From Dehalococcoidia bacterium (lineage in GTDB: Bacteria > Chloroflexota > Dehalococcoidia > Plut-88900): 64,000 bases of DNA. Made by a program: the position numbers and the translations under genes. Position 1 is the stretch's first letter. The number at the start of each line of letters is the position of its first letter. Shown here piece by piece: positions 39,529 to 49,223 of this stretch. The stretch covers positions 224,001 to 288,000 of the forward strand of contig OZ240215.1 of assembly GCA_965197585.1 (NCBI GenBank), given 5' to 3'. Under the pieces are notes generated by a model. That model saw nothing but the letters and a program-made list of their open reading frames with translations, ran no database searches and was not told where the DNA came from.

Positions 39529-39618
39529 TGGCGGAGGGAGTGGGATTCGAACCCACGGTACGCTGACGCGCACGCCGGTTTTCAAGACCGGTGCCTTAAA
39601 CCACTCGACCATCCCTCC
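39529..39618 (-). tRNA. tRNA-Ser (TGA)
   Basis: GGAGGGA...TCCCTCC-G-CCA acceptor stem, anticodon loop CTTGAAA, long variable arm, GGTTCGAATCC. Confidence 0.97.
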
Positions 39619-39663
39619 GGCAACGCATGGACTATATGATACGCCGTTTTGGATGGGTCAGGG

Positions 39664-41019
39664 CTATCGGACCCATTCTTGAAAGTAGTTCTCGAACTTC
39701 TCTTCAAGCGAGTAACGATTCTCGTCGAGCCATTTCTCGTCGAGGAAGACGGCAGTTTGTAGAGCTTGAGGCGAGTTAGGGAGAGCGGAGAACTTATTTG
39801 GCGGAATGGTTTGTTGGACGATGGGGATGGCGAGCCGGTTCAGAGGACCGAAGGCAGTGAACTCGGCAATGCGGGCGTTAATGTGCGGATACCCAGTCTA
39901 GGCGATGAACAGCTCAGCGAGCTCCTTGTCGTAGATGCCCTGAGGTATAGTGAAAACACTTGTCTGGATTATATGGCCGCACTCGTAACAATAGTGAATA
40001 GACTCTCCGACGACTTCCTGTTGGGCGTTCCAAATCCGGTGGTTCCACGTTGCACAGATATCTAGTTCGCCACTAATGAGCATCTTGGGACACTCATCGA
40101 CGGTATTCTGCCAAATATCGATGTCAGTGGAGATTTCTTCTAGCTTGGCGAAGGATTGGTCTATCTGTTCTTCGCCTAGGCTTGCGTAGGCCTGGCGAGA
40201 CTCAGGAGTGGCTAGGATATCGGGGTTGAGAGCGAACTGGGCGAAGAAAAGAGCCTCATCTCCACCGGAGCGCAAGTCAAGGCTTCGGTTTCCGGGGAAT
40301 CGGTCGATGTTCCAGAAGTCGGCCCAAGAAGAGGGCTTTTGGCCGTCCCAGAGGTCGTCGATAGCGCCGAGGTTGTAAGCGAGTCCGGTGGAATAGACAA
40401 TGCCGCCCCCGCCGCTCCAAGAGTTCCTGGCAACTTCCGGGAAGCCTAATATGTATCCGTTGTGGATGGCAGGGTTGAGTTCTTCTATGTCCCCTTTGTT
40501 ACCATGCTGGTGAATATATTCTCCTCCAGGCTCCGTAAAGTGGTAGGGTGTGGGGGTAGGTCTAGGCGTGATTCCGGCCCGCGGAATGTATTCGTTGATA
40601 GTTATTCGAAACTTCTCCTGGAAGGGGAGGAAGTAGGCTTGACGTTGAGCGCGGCCGTAGGAACCGCCCCACGCCAAATAGGTTAGGCTCTCCCCTCGAT
40701 ATTTCCCCAAAGCCAGCTCTATCTCCTCAAAGGTAGCAGGGTTCTTCGCCGTCCATTGGGGAATGTCCCGTGGTACAGGAGTGGGAGTAGGTGTGGGAAT
40801 GGGAACGGGTGTGGGGAGCGGGTCAGTTGCAGTGGGAACGGGTGTGGGGAATGGGACAGTTGGAGTGGGGGCAACGGTGTTTGTGGAAGGTAGCGGAGTT
40901 GGATTGGGTTCCTCTGTGCAGGACACGGCTATAAATAGCGCAGCGACCACGATGAGTCCTGCCATGATCCAGCGCCCGGCACGGTGCGGCCTGGGCCAAT
41001 TCATGCTTGGAATATGCAA
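39664..41019 (-). pseudogene. PotD/PotF-like ABC substrate-binding lipoprotein with internal TAG
   Basis: Lipobox AVS-C, PT linker, WGGSY, PSSWADFWN..FPG.R; after TAG (39898-39900) the frame continues 77 codons TGYPHINAR...FQEWVR to a stop at 39664. Confidence 0.8.
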
Positions 41020-41121
41020 CCTTCCCTCTCAGCTAGGTTAACGAAAAAGTCGAGCATTGGATATGTCAGGGAAGAAGGAAGATGCCGTTGGGACGGCGGA
41101 ATGACGAAGGATGGGAAGGGG

Positions 41122-42390
41122 TTAGGGAATAGGGATAATGTCGAACCCAGTGTAAGACTGCAACACCTCTGGTATACGCACCGACCCGTCAGCCTGCTGG
41201 TAAGTCTCGAGCACCGAGATCAACACTCTCGGCAGCCCCAGCCCCGAGCCGTTGAGTGTGTGCACGTACCGGGGCCGTGCCCCCTCCTTCGGTCGGTAGC
41301 GGATATTGGCTCTGCGGGCCTGGAAATCGAGACAGTTGCTGCATGAACTGACCTCCAGCCACTCTTCGCAGCCCGGCGCCCACACCTCCACGTCATAAGA
41401 CTTGGCGGAGTGGAACCCGAGGTCGCCTGTGCAGAGTTCAAGGACGCGGTGGGAGAGACCAAGTGCCTGGGCGACACCCTCGGCGTGGGAGAGCATGGAC
41501 TGGAGTGCCTCTTCGGAGTCCTCAGGTGCGACGTACTTGTACATCTCCACCTTGTCGAACTGATGGCCTCGCTTGATGCCTCTAGTATCCCTGCCCGCCG
41601 ACATCTTCTCCCGGCGGAAGCAGGGCGTGTAGGCAACGTAGTTGATGGGTAGATCGGTAGCGTCGAGAATTTCGTCCCTGTGCATGTTGGTCAGCGGCAC
41701 CTCAGCAGTGGGGACTAACCAAAGGTCGTCCTGCTCGTCGTGGTAGACGTTATCGGCGAACTTTGGCAGCTGAGCGCTCCCGACCAGCGCCTCCCGTTTG
41801 ACCACGAAGGGCGGGTAGATCTCCGTGTACCCGTTCTGGGACTGGTGAAAGTCCACCATCCAGGAAATGAGCGCCCTTTGGAGCCGAGCCCCGCGCCCCT
41901 TGAGGACATAAAATCGGGAGCCTGATATCTTCACTCCCCTCTCAAAGTCCAGGATGCCCAGGTTCTCGCCGATCTCCCAGTGCGGCCGAGGTTGAAAGTT
42001 GAAAGTCGGTGCCGTTCCCACGGTCTTTATGAGCACGTTGCCGCTCTCGTCGACGCCCGAAGGCACATCCTGTAGGGGTATGTTCGGTATTTGGAGCAGT
42101 AGCAGATCTAGCTCTTCATCCAGCTCCTTGAGGTCGGTTTCGAGCGTCTTTATCTCCGACCCGACCTGACGCATCTCCCCTATCACCTCAGGCGGCTTTT
42201 CCTTCATCTTGGACAGCTCTTTGCTTACCTGGTTGCGGCGTGCCCGAAGGGCCTCCGACGAGGAGAGAATCACTCGACGTCTTTCGTCGAGTTCGATGAT
42301 TCGGTCAAGGGGCGCATGGTCCTCGTCCCGGCGGTCCAGGGCCTCCCGGACGACGTTCGGGTTTTCGCGTATTAGGTTGATGGACAACAT
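41122..42390 (-). CDS. serS: Serine--tRNA ligase
   Basis: PTAEVP, FRRE, HQFDKVE, EVSSCSNC, HTLNGSG. Confidence 0.98.
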   Translation of the reverse strand: MLSINLIRENPNVVREALDRRDEDHAPLDRIIELDERRRVILSSSEALRARRNQVSKELSKMKEKPPEVIGEMRQVGSEIKTLETDLKELDEELDLLLLQIPNIPLQDVPSGVDESGNVLIKTVGTAPTFNFQPRPHWEIGENLGILDFERGVKISGSRFYVLKGRGARLQRALISWMVDFHQSQNGYTEIYPPFVVKREALVGSAQLPKFADNVYHDEQDDLWLVPTAEVPLTNMHRDEILDATDLPINYVAYTPCFRREKMSAGRDTRGIKRGHQFDKVEMYKYVAPEDSEEALQSMLSHAEGVAQALGLSHRVLELCTGDLGFHSAKSYDVEVWAPGCEEWLEVSSCSNCLDFQARRANIRYRPKEGARPRYVHTLNGSGLGLPRVLISVLETYQQADGSVRIPEVLQSYTGFDIIPIP

Positions 42391-42463
42391 GAATGGAACT
42401 CTCGGCTCTGGATGTTTCGGAACAGTATAAGACAGTGAGAACGAGGGTGGAGCTTGGGGAGGA

Positions 42464-43966
42464 TCATTGCGGGTCGCGACGCTCGACGGAGCGTAGCTGC
42501 GGGAACAGTATGACCTCCCGGATGGACTGCTGGTCCGTTAGCAGCATCACCAGCCGGTCGATGCCCATGCCGAGTCCGCCGGTCGGCGGCATCCCGTGCT
42601 CCATGGCCAGAAGGAAGTCTTCGTCCAGCCGGTCGACCTCCTCGTCTCCGAATTCAAACCTGAACTTCTCCTGCTCGGCGAAGCGTTCTCGCTGGTCTAT
42701 CGGGTCGTTAAGTTCCGTGAAGGCATTGGCGATTTCCATCCCCGCGGCAAACCCCTCGAACCTCTCGACAAAACGGGGATCGTCGGGCTTGCGCTTCGAT
42801 AGAGGAGACATCTCGACCGGATGGTCGATGACGTAAGTAGGCTGGACGATGTATGGTTCGACGAAGGTGGAGAGCAGCTTGTCATAAAGTTGTGCAGGAC
42901 TGAGCCCCTCGACTCGCTGGCCCACGGCCTCCGCATCCTTTCGTAATACGTTGATGTCGGAGTACTTTGGGTCGGCAATGTCCAGACCGCTCCGCCCGAG
43001 GATCGCATCCCGGACGGAAACCCGGGGCCAGGGTGGCGTGAAATCCAGCGTGTGACCGGCGTACTGGACCGTCCGGGTCCCGAGAACCTCCTGCGTGATA
43101 TAGGCCAACATATCCTCAACCATGCGCATAACGTCGTTGTAGTCGGCGTAGGCCTCGTAGCTCTCCATGGTTGTGAACTCGGGGTTGTGCTTGGTGTCGA
43201 TCCCCTCGTTGCGGAATATCCGCCCGATCTCGTACACCTTGTCGATACCTCCGACTATGAGGCGCTTCAGATACAGTTCCGTGGCGATTCGCAGGTAGAG
43301 CGTACGCTCCAGGGCGTTGTGCTCGGTCACGAAGGGCCGAGCCATGGCCCCTGCGGCTACGGGGAGCAGGATGGGCGTCTCTACTTCGGCGAAGCCCCGG
43401 TCGTCCATGAAGCGGCGCATGGATGAGATGAACCGGGCGCGAATGTCGAAGATTCGACGAGCGTCGTCGTTGGATATAAGGTCCAGGTAGCGGTGCCGGT
43501 GCCGCTTCTCGACGTCCGTGAGACCATGCCATTTTTCAGGCAGTGGACGGAGCGCCTTGGTGAGCAGGGTTAGGGACTGGGCACGGACTGAAATCTCGCC
43601 GGTACGGGTGCGGAACATGGGCCCCTCGGCAGCGATGGAATCCCCGGTGTCCAACTCCGACAGTACGATCTGCTGCTCGGGCTGCAGGTCCGATCCTCGG
43701 ATGAAGAGCTGGACAGACCCCGTGCCGTCCCGGATGTCGGCGAAGGAGACCCGGCCCATGCCCCGGAGAGCCATAAGCCTCCCAGCCACCGCAACCGAGC
43801 GCCGCGGCACGCGCCCCGAATCTTCGATTGCTCTGAAGTAGGCTAAGGCGTCGGCTACGGTGTGGGTGCGGTTGAGACGGGCGGGATAAGGGTCGATGCC
43901 CTGGGCGCGTAGACGCTCAACTTTGGAGAGCCGTTGCTGGAAAAGGTCTTCGCCTCTATCGGCCAT
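42464..43966 (-). CDS. lysS: Lysine--tRNA ligase (class II)
   Basis: PLPEKWHGL, LRIATELYLKRL, HNPEFT, GMPPTGGLGMGIDRL. Confidence 0.98.
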   Translation of the reverse strand: MADRGEDLFQQRLSKVERLRAQGIDPYPARLNRTHTVADALAYFRAIEDSGRVPRRSVAVAGRLMALRGMGRVSFADIRDGTGSVQLFIRGSDLQPEQQIVLSELDTGDSIAAEGPMFRTRTGEISVRAQSLTLLTKALRPLPEKWHGLTDVEKRHRHRYLDLISNDDARRIFDIRARFISSMRRFMDDRGFAEVETPILLPVAAGAMARPFVTEHNALERTLYLRIATELYLKRLIVGGIDKVYEIGRIFRNEGIDTKHNPEFTTMESYEAYADYNDVMRMVEDMLAYITQEVLGTRTVQYAGHTLDFTPPWPRVSVRDAILGRSGLDIADPKYSDINVLRKDAEAVGQRVEGLSPAQLYDKLLSTFVEPYIVQPTYVIDHPVEMSPLSKRKPDDPRFVERFEGFAAGMEIANAFTELNDPIDQRERFAEQEKFRFEFGDEEVDRLDEDFLLAMEHGMPPTGGLGMGIDRLVMLLTDQQSIREVILFPQLRSVERRDPQ

Positions 43967-44004
43967 GCGAAAAAGATTGAGGGCCTAATGGAAGGTCCCT
44001 CTGG

Positions 44005-44475
44005 CTATTCAATGCTCTTGATGGTCAGCTTTAGGACTCTGGCCGGCGCTATTACCCGGACGTCGTCACCGACTTTGCTGCCGAGGAGCGCCTTGCCCAC
44101 GGGGCTTTCGTTGGAGATTTTGCCGGCCTTGGGGTCCGCTTCGTCGCTGCCTACTATCAGGTAATTCATGGTGCGCCCCGACTCGTTCTGAACGGTCACC
44201 TTGGCCCCAATGTCTACAAAGGCTGACTTCCGGTGCTCGTCGGGGATTACGGTGGCATTGTGCAGCATATTGTCCAGGGTCATGATCCGCCCCTCGATGA
44301 ACGCCTGCTCATTCTTGGCGTCGTCGAACTCGGCGTTGTCGTCGGTGCCGCCGAAGTCCTTGGCATGGAGTATGCGGTCGGCTATCTTGTGGCGCTTTTC
44401 AGTGCGGAGTTGGTGAAGCTCCAGCTTAAGCTCCTCAAATCGCCTGTGTGTAAGGTATGTCTTCTTAAGGGCCAT
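44005..44475 (-). CDS. greA: Transcription elongation factor GreA
   Basis: NAEFDDAKNEQAFIEGRI, ISNESPVGKALLG; start at MALKKTYLT. Confidence 0.95.
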   Translation of the reverse strand: MALKKTYLTHRRFEELKLELHQLRTEKRHKIADRILHAKDFGGTDDNAEFDDAKNEQAFIEGRIMTLDNMLHNATVIPDEHRKSAFVDIGAKVTVQNESGRTMNYLIVGSDEADPKAGKISNESPVGKALLGSKVGDDVRVIAPARVLKLTIKSIE

Positions 44476-44536
44476 GGCGTTGGCAAGGAGGAGAATAAAA
44501 AGACCCCTTGGGAGAAGGAGTGGGAACGAGGTCATT

Positions 44537-45070
44537 TTATGTTGTGCTGAGAGATTTGTAAAGTAGGATGGCCGTGGCCGACTTCGCATCGCCGATTTGG
44601 CTGGCGTTTACCATGTCCACGGCCTCGGAAAGCGTGACGGGCACTAGAGAGATATCCTCGTCGGCGTCGGGCTCAAGCGGATCGTAAGAGAGGCCCGTGG
44701 CCAGGAAGAGGTGGTTGAACTCGGTGCAGAATCCGGGAGAGCTGTAGACCGATCCGAGTAGCCTGAAGTTTTCGGCCCGGTAGCCGGTCTCCTCCCTGAG
44801 CTCGCGCTGAGCGGCGGCCTCGATATCCTCGCCGGGCTCTATGCCGCCGGCTGGTGTCTCCAATAGCTCCATACCTGCCGCGGCCCGGTACTGCCTCACC
44901 AATAGTAGGTTGCCATCATCGTCGACCGGCAGGATATGCACCACATCCACATGCTCGACTATTTCCATTCTGGCTTCCCTGCCATCTGGGAGATGGAAAG
45001 CGTCTATGCGGAGGTTGACCACCTTGCCGTCGTAGATGCGGGTGCTCTTTGTTTCGGGTTTGTCGTTCAT
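44537..45070 (-). CDS. NUDIX hydrolase (ADP-ribose pyrophosphatase-like)
   Basis: PAGGIEPGE...AQRELREETG, SPGF. Confidence 0.92.
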   Translation of the reverse strand: MNDKPETKSTRIYDGKVVNLRIDAFHLPDGREARMEIVEHVDVVHILPVDDDGNLLLVRQYRAAAGMELLETPAGGIEPGEDIEAAAQRELREETGYRAENFRLLGSVYSSPGFCTEFNHLFLATGLSYDPLEPDADEDISLVPVTLSEAVDMVNASQIGDAKSATAILLYKSLSTT

Positions 45071-45083
45071 GAGGGGATGGGGC

Positions 45084-45953
45084 TTATTCCATTCTGGTCA
45101 GCCTTTCGGTAACCGTGGAATAGAAGCGGCCGGGGGGTTGGAATCGCAGGAAGCGGGCGGAGTTTGGGCTTATGGTAGCGGAGACGGTGTAACCGTCCTC
45201 GAGGTCGGCTTCTATCTGGCCGTCTACGCTCATTATCACCTCGTGGTCCGTGCTCACGGTGAGGTCTATCACGGATGTTGGCGGCAGTACTAGGGCGTTG
45301 GATATAGTGAGATGAGAAGTCACGGGGTTAAGTACGAACTCGTCTGTAAGAGGATTGAGAATCGGGCCGCCCGCAGCCATGGAATAGCTGGTACTGCCAG
45401 TGGCCGTGGCGATAATGACACCGTCACCCTTGTAGACGGTGAAGAGATCACCATCGATACGGGCCTCGATGCGTATGACCCGAGCCACGCGCCCCCGCGC
45501 TACAACTACGTCGTTCAGTGCGAAGTAAGTCCTGCGCCCCGCGCCCTCACCATCGGCTGTCGTGGCGGGAGGCACGACCTCAGCCTGGAGCGTGGCCCGA
45601 CGCTCGATCCTCCCCCCGTCAGCAAGGAGCTGCGGGAGGTCTTGGAGGGCCTCGGCGGGGTTGAGTTCGTTCATAAACCCCACTTTACCCATGTTGATGC
45701 CAAGGACGGGGATCTCGGAGGACAGGGCAAGATGGGACACCCGCAGCATGGTGCCGTCCCCCCCAACGCTGATCAGCAGGTCCCGGTCGCCGACACTGTC
45801 TGAGGTTATCTCTTCGTCCCACGCCGAACGCGCCCATCCCCTGACGCCGGTTTTGCCGAGGATGTCCAGCAGGTCATCGGCGAGGACCCGGGCTGCGGGG
45901 AGCCGCGGATGGTAGAATACGGCTACCCGTCTTATGTTTTGATCTTCGGACAA
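45084..45953 (-). CDS. nadK: NAD kinase
   Basis: GGDGTML, GINMGKVGF, LND, GDGVIIATATGSTSYSMAAGG; likely TTG start at 45953. Confidence 0.93.
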   Translation of the reverse strand: MSEDQNIRRVAVFYHPRLPAARVLADDLLDILGKTGVRGWARSAWDEEITSDSVGDRDLLISVGGDGTMLRVSHLALSSEIPVLGINMGKVGFMNELNPAEALQDLPQLLADGGRIERRATLQAEVVPPATTADGEGAGRRTYFALNDVVVARGRVARVIRIEARIDGDLFTVYKGDGVIIATATGSTSYSMAAGGPILNPLTDEFVLNPVTSHLTISNALVLPPTSVIDLTVSTDHEVIMSVDGQIEADLEDGYTVSATISPNSARFLRFQPPGRFYSTVTERLTRME

Positions 45954-46097
45954 GTTGGCCTCTCTCGGGTCTCGGGCCTGTGGGAAGGTACGCTGTTGAA
46001 GGCGCAAGTATAAAACGCAGCCGGAATCCAAGTCGAGACTCCCACTGCTGATGGACGGTCTGATATTGCCGAGATTAGGTCTGATGGAGGTACGCAG

Positions 46098-47015
46098 GTG
46101 AGAATAATTGTCATAGGTCAAGCGCCCTTTGGGGCCGGAGTCCTGGAAAAGCTCGTGGAACGGGGAGATGATGAGGTGGTGGGAGTCTTCGCACCCCCGG
46201 AGAGGCGCGGTAGACCTGACCCCCTGTCTGCGAAGGCGGAGGAGCTTGGCATCCCCCTGATAACGGTAACGTCCATGAAGACCGACGAGATCTACGACAC
46301 TATCGCGGGAATGAAGCCCGACATCGGGGTTATGGCCTTCGTGACGCTTCTCGTGCCGGAGAGGGTATTGAATGCGCCGACTCTGGGCACCATCCAGTAC
46401 CACCCGTCCCTGCTGCCGAAACACCGGGGCGCGAGCGCCATCAACTGGGCCATCATCAACGGAGATGACAAGACGGGCCTTACGATCTTCTGGCCCGACA
46501 AAGGCCTGGACACGGGCCCCGTCCTTATGCAGAAGGAAGCGGCTATCGGACCCGACGACACCGTCGGCTCCGTCTACTTCAACCACCTCTTCCCGGATGG
46601 CGTAGCCGCTATGTTAGAGTCGGTGGACCTGGTGAAGGCCGGCAATGCCCCGAGAATCGTGCAGGACGAGTCTCAGGCCACCTACGAAGGTATCTGCCGC
46701 CCCGAAAACGCGGAGGTTGACTGGCAGAAGGACGCCCAGACCGTATACAACCTCATTCGGGGCACTAACCCTCAGCCTGGCGCATGGGGAGTCCTGAAGG
46801 GCCAGAAAGTCAAGGTCTTCGATTCGGAGTTGAGCTCTGATTCCGGGGCTGCAGGTGAAGTGCTGGCCATAGCAGAGGACGGTTTCGCGGTGGGCACCGG
46901 GGGTGGGGGCTCGGTGAAGATAAAGCGAGTGCAGCCACCCGAGTCCCGGAAGATACCCGCAGCCGAATACATCGAACAATCGGGCCTGGCGGTCGGAGAC
47001 CGGTTCGGGGCGTAG
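46098..47015 (+). CDS. Methionyl-tRNA formyltransferase-family protein
   Basis: YHPSLLPKHRGASAINW, GLDTGP, IRGTNPQPGAW. Confidence 0.88.
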   Translation: MRIIVIGQAPFGAGVLEKLVERGDDEVVGVFAPPERRGRPDPLSAKAEELGIPLITVTSMKTDEIYDTIAGMKPDIGVMAFVTLLVPERVLNAPTLGTIQYHPSLLPKHRGASAINWAIINGDDKTGLTIFWPDKGLDTGPVLMQKEAAIGPDDTVGSVYFNHLFPDGVAAMLESVDLVKAGNAPRIVQDESQATYEGICRPENAEVDWQKDAQTVYNLIRGTNPQPGAWGVLKGQKVKVFDSELSSDSGAAGEVLAIAEDGFAVGTGGGGSVKIKRVQPPESRKIPAAEYIEQSGLAVGDRFGA

Positions 47016-47110
47016 AGTCCTCTATTAGGGTACTGCCTTAGCGCAGTCTTGGATAATCGAATTTACCACGCGATCTTGCTACAGCCGCCTCAATGGTGTA
47101 TGCTTGGTGT

Positions 47111-47314
47111 ATGACACGTACCAACATAGATATAGATGATCGGGTGGTCGCCGAAGTGATGGCACGCTACCGTATTACAACCAAGCGCGAGGCGGTTAAC
47201 TTCGCCCTCCGAATGGTTGCGGCTGAGTCATTGTCCCTGGACGAGGCCCGTGCCCTCCGCGGCGCCGGCTGGGACGGTGACCTTGAGGCAATGCGCTCCG
47301 GCCGTTCGTTGTGA
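47111..47314 (+). CDS. vapB: VapB antitoxin
   Basis: MTRTNIDIDD...TTKREAVNFALR...GWDGDL. Confidence 0.9.
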   Translation: MTRTNIDIDDRVVAEVMARYRITTKREAVNFALRMVAAESLSLDEARALRGAGWDGDLEAMRSGRSL

Positions 47315-47721
47315 TCCTAATCGACACTTCGGCCTGGATAGAATTCCTTCGCGACACCGGCTCTCCGGTCTGCCTTCTCGTAGATGAACTGCTGTCGGAA
47401 GAAATCGCCGTATGCGACGCCGTGCGTATGGAAGTGCTGGCCGGTGCCCGAGACGAATTCCATTTATTGGACCTGCGCAGACTCCTGGCCCGTGCGGTGA
47501 TGCTTCCGACCGACCCTACTGACTACGAGGATGCGGCTGCCCTATACCGCCGTTGCCGTCGAAATGGAGAAACCGTCCGCAAGCTCATCGACTGCCTCAT
47601 CGCCTCAGTAGCCATAAGCGCGGGGGCCTCAGTTCTACACCAAGACGCCGATTTTGACGCGCTCGCGCGCCACACTGGTTTGCTGACATACAGAACTGAA
47701 GGGCGTCAGGCGCTCTATTAG
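47311..47721 (+). CDS. vapC: VapC PIN ribonuclease toxin
   Basis: ILIDTSAW, EVLAGA, IDCLIA, HQDADF. Confidence 0.93.
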   Translation: MILIDTSAWIEFLRDTGSPVCLLVDELLSEEIAVCDAVRMEVLAGARDEFHLLDLRRLLARAVMLPTDPTDYEDAAALYRRCRRNGETVRKLIDCLIASVAISAGASVLHQDADFDALARHTGLLTYRTEGRQALY

Positions 47722-47741
47722 ACCGAACAGCCGAGGCTGAA

Positions 47742-49208
47742 TCAGCCCAGCGTCGTCACCGCAGTCCCCACCAGGTCCATAACGTAGTTGGGCACTATTC
47801 CCATGAACAGCACCCCGAGTACCGTTATGGCCATAGCGGCATTCAGGGGCAATGTAGTGGGGACGGGCTCTTCCCTCCGGGAGGGGGCCAGGTACATCGC
47901 CTTTATCACCCGGAGGTAGAAGTAGGCCGAGATGACGCTGTTTACCATCCCGACCACCGCCAGCCACACCAGGTCGGTCTCGACGGCGGCTTTGAAGACG
48001 TTCAGTTTGGCCCAGAAGCCGGCGGTTGGCGGGATTCCCATGAGGGATATGAGGGATATTGCCATACCCAGTGCCAACACCGGGTTCCGGCGTGCGAGCC
48101 CCGCGTAGTCCTGAATTAGCTCGCTCTTGATGACACCGGATATGGCGATCACCCCAAAGAATGCAGCCAGATTGGTAGCCGCATAGGCGACCAGGTAGAA
48201 CATCAGGCTCTCGACCCCCGGGCCGAGGGCCGAGCCGTCCTTCCCGATGGCCGCCAGCCCCACCATGATGAACCCGGCATGGGCGATAGTGCTGTAGCCC
48301 AGCATCCGCTTGATATTCGACTGGGCTATGGCTACCAGGTTTCCGATAAACATCGATACGGCTGCCAGGATGGCGAATAGCAGCGCCCACTCCTCGGTGA
48401 CTGAGCCGAAGGCCAGGAAGAAGACCCGGACTATGACGGCAAACCCTGCTGCCTTACTGGCCACTGAGAGGTAAGCCGCCACGGGCGTAGGTGCCCCTTC
48501 GTACACGTCTGGCACCCACATCTGGAAGGGTACCGAGGAGATCTTGAACCCGAACCCGGCGACGATGAAGATGACTCCGAGTAACAGGGCTGGCTGCTCG
48601 ATTAGCTGGCTGAAGGGCGTCAGCCTGTCGGCGATGTCCAAGAGCCTAGTGCGGCCCGTGAGCCCGAGGATCATGGCAAACCCGAACAGCATTATTCCCG
48701 AGCTGATAGCGCTCAGCACCAGGAACTTCAGGGCAGCCTCCGTGGAGCGATTGTCCTTGTTGAGAGCTATCAGGGCCACGGTAGCCAGTGCGCTCAACTC
48801 CAGGGATACGTAGATGGATATCAACTCGGTGGAAGCGGCCAGGAGCATCAGGCCCCCGGAGGCCATCATAATCAGGGCGAAATACTCGGCTCGATAGGCC
48901 CGCAAGCCTGTGGCGCTATGGGAGGCCATTATGACTAAGGCAGTCGCGCCGAGGATCAGGAACTTGAAGAACAGCGCATAGTGGTCTACGACAAGGAAGC
49001 CGTTGAACCCGGTCAATGCGTTGGACTCTAACCCGTCGACCTTGAGCCAGAGCACCAGGGATAGGGCCGCCGAAGCGGCAATACCTGCCAGGCTCAGGGG
49101 AGCCAGTACATCCTTCTTCTTGAGAACCAGGTCCAGAAGGATGATGATGCCCGCGGCCCCGCCCAGGACCAGCTCGGGCATTAGGAGATATAGGTCGTCA
49201 GGATACAT
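47742..49208 (-). CDS. nuoN: NADH-quinone oxidoreductase subunit N
   Basis: FKISSVPFQMWVPDVYEGAPT, KRMLGYSTIAH. Confidence 0.96.
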   Translation of the reverse strand: MYPDDLYLLMPELVLGGAAGIIILLDLVLKKKDVLAPLSLAGIAASAALSLVLWLKVDGLESNALTGFNGFLVVDHYALFFKFLILGATALVIMASHSATGLRAYRAEYFALIMMASGGLMLLAASTELISIYVSLELSALATVALIALNKDNRSTEAALKFLVLSAISSGIMLFGFAMILGLTGRTRLLDIADRLTPFSQLIEQPALLLGVIFIVAGFGFKISSVPFQMWVPDVYEGAPTPVAAYLSVASKAAGFAVIVRVFFLAFGSVTEEWALLFAILAAVSMFIGNLVAIAQSNIKRMLGYSTIAHAGFIMVGLAAIGKDGSALGPGVESLMFYLVAYAATNLAAFFGVIAISGVIKSELIQDYAGLARRNPVLALGMAISLISLMGIPPTAGFWAKLNVFKAAVETDLVWLAVVGMVNSVISAYFYLRVIKAMYLAPSRREEPVPTTLPLNAAMAITVLGVLFMGIVPNYVMDLVGTAVTTLG

Positions 49209-49223
49209 TAGCGTGTGCCTGGA

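Noticed and set aside
39898-39900. Pyrrolysine or stop-codon reassignment at the TAG
   Set aside because: TAG terminates many normal genes here and no pyl genes are visible
45954-46586. Long N-terminal extension of the NAD kinase ORF
   Set aside because: Antisense to the formyltransferase; kinase homology starts near 45953
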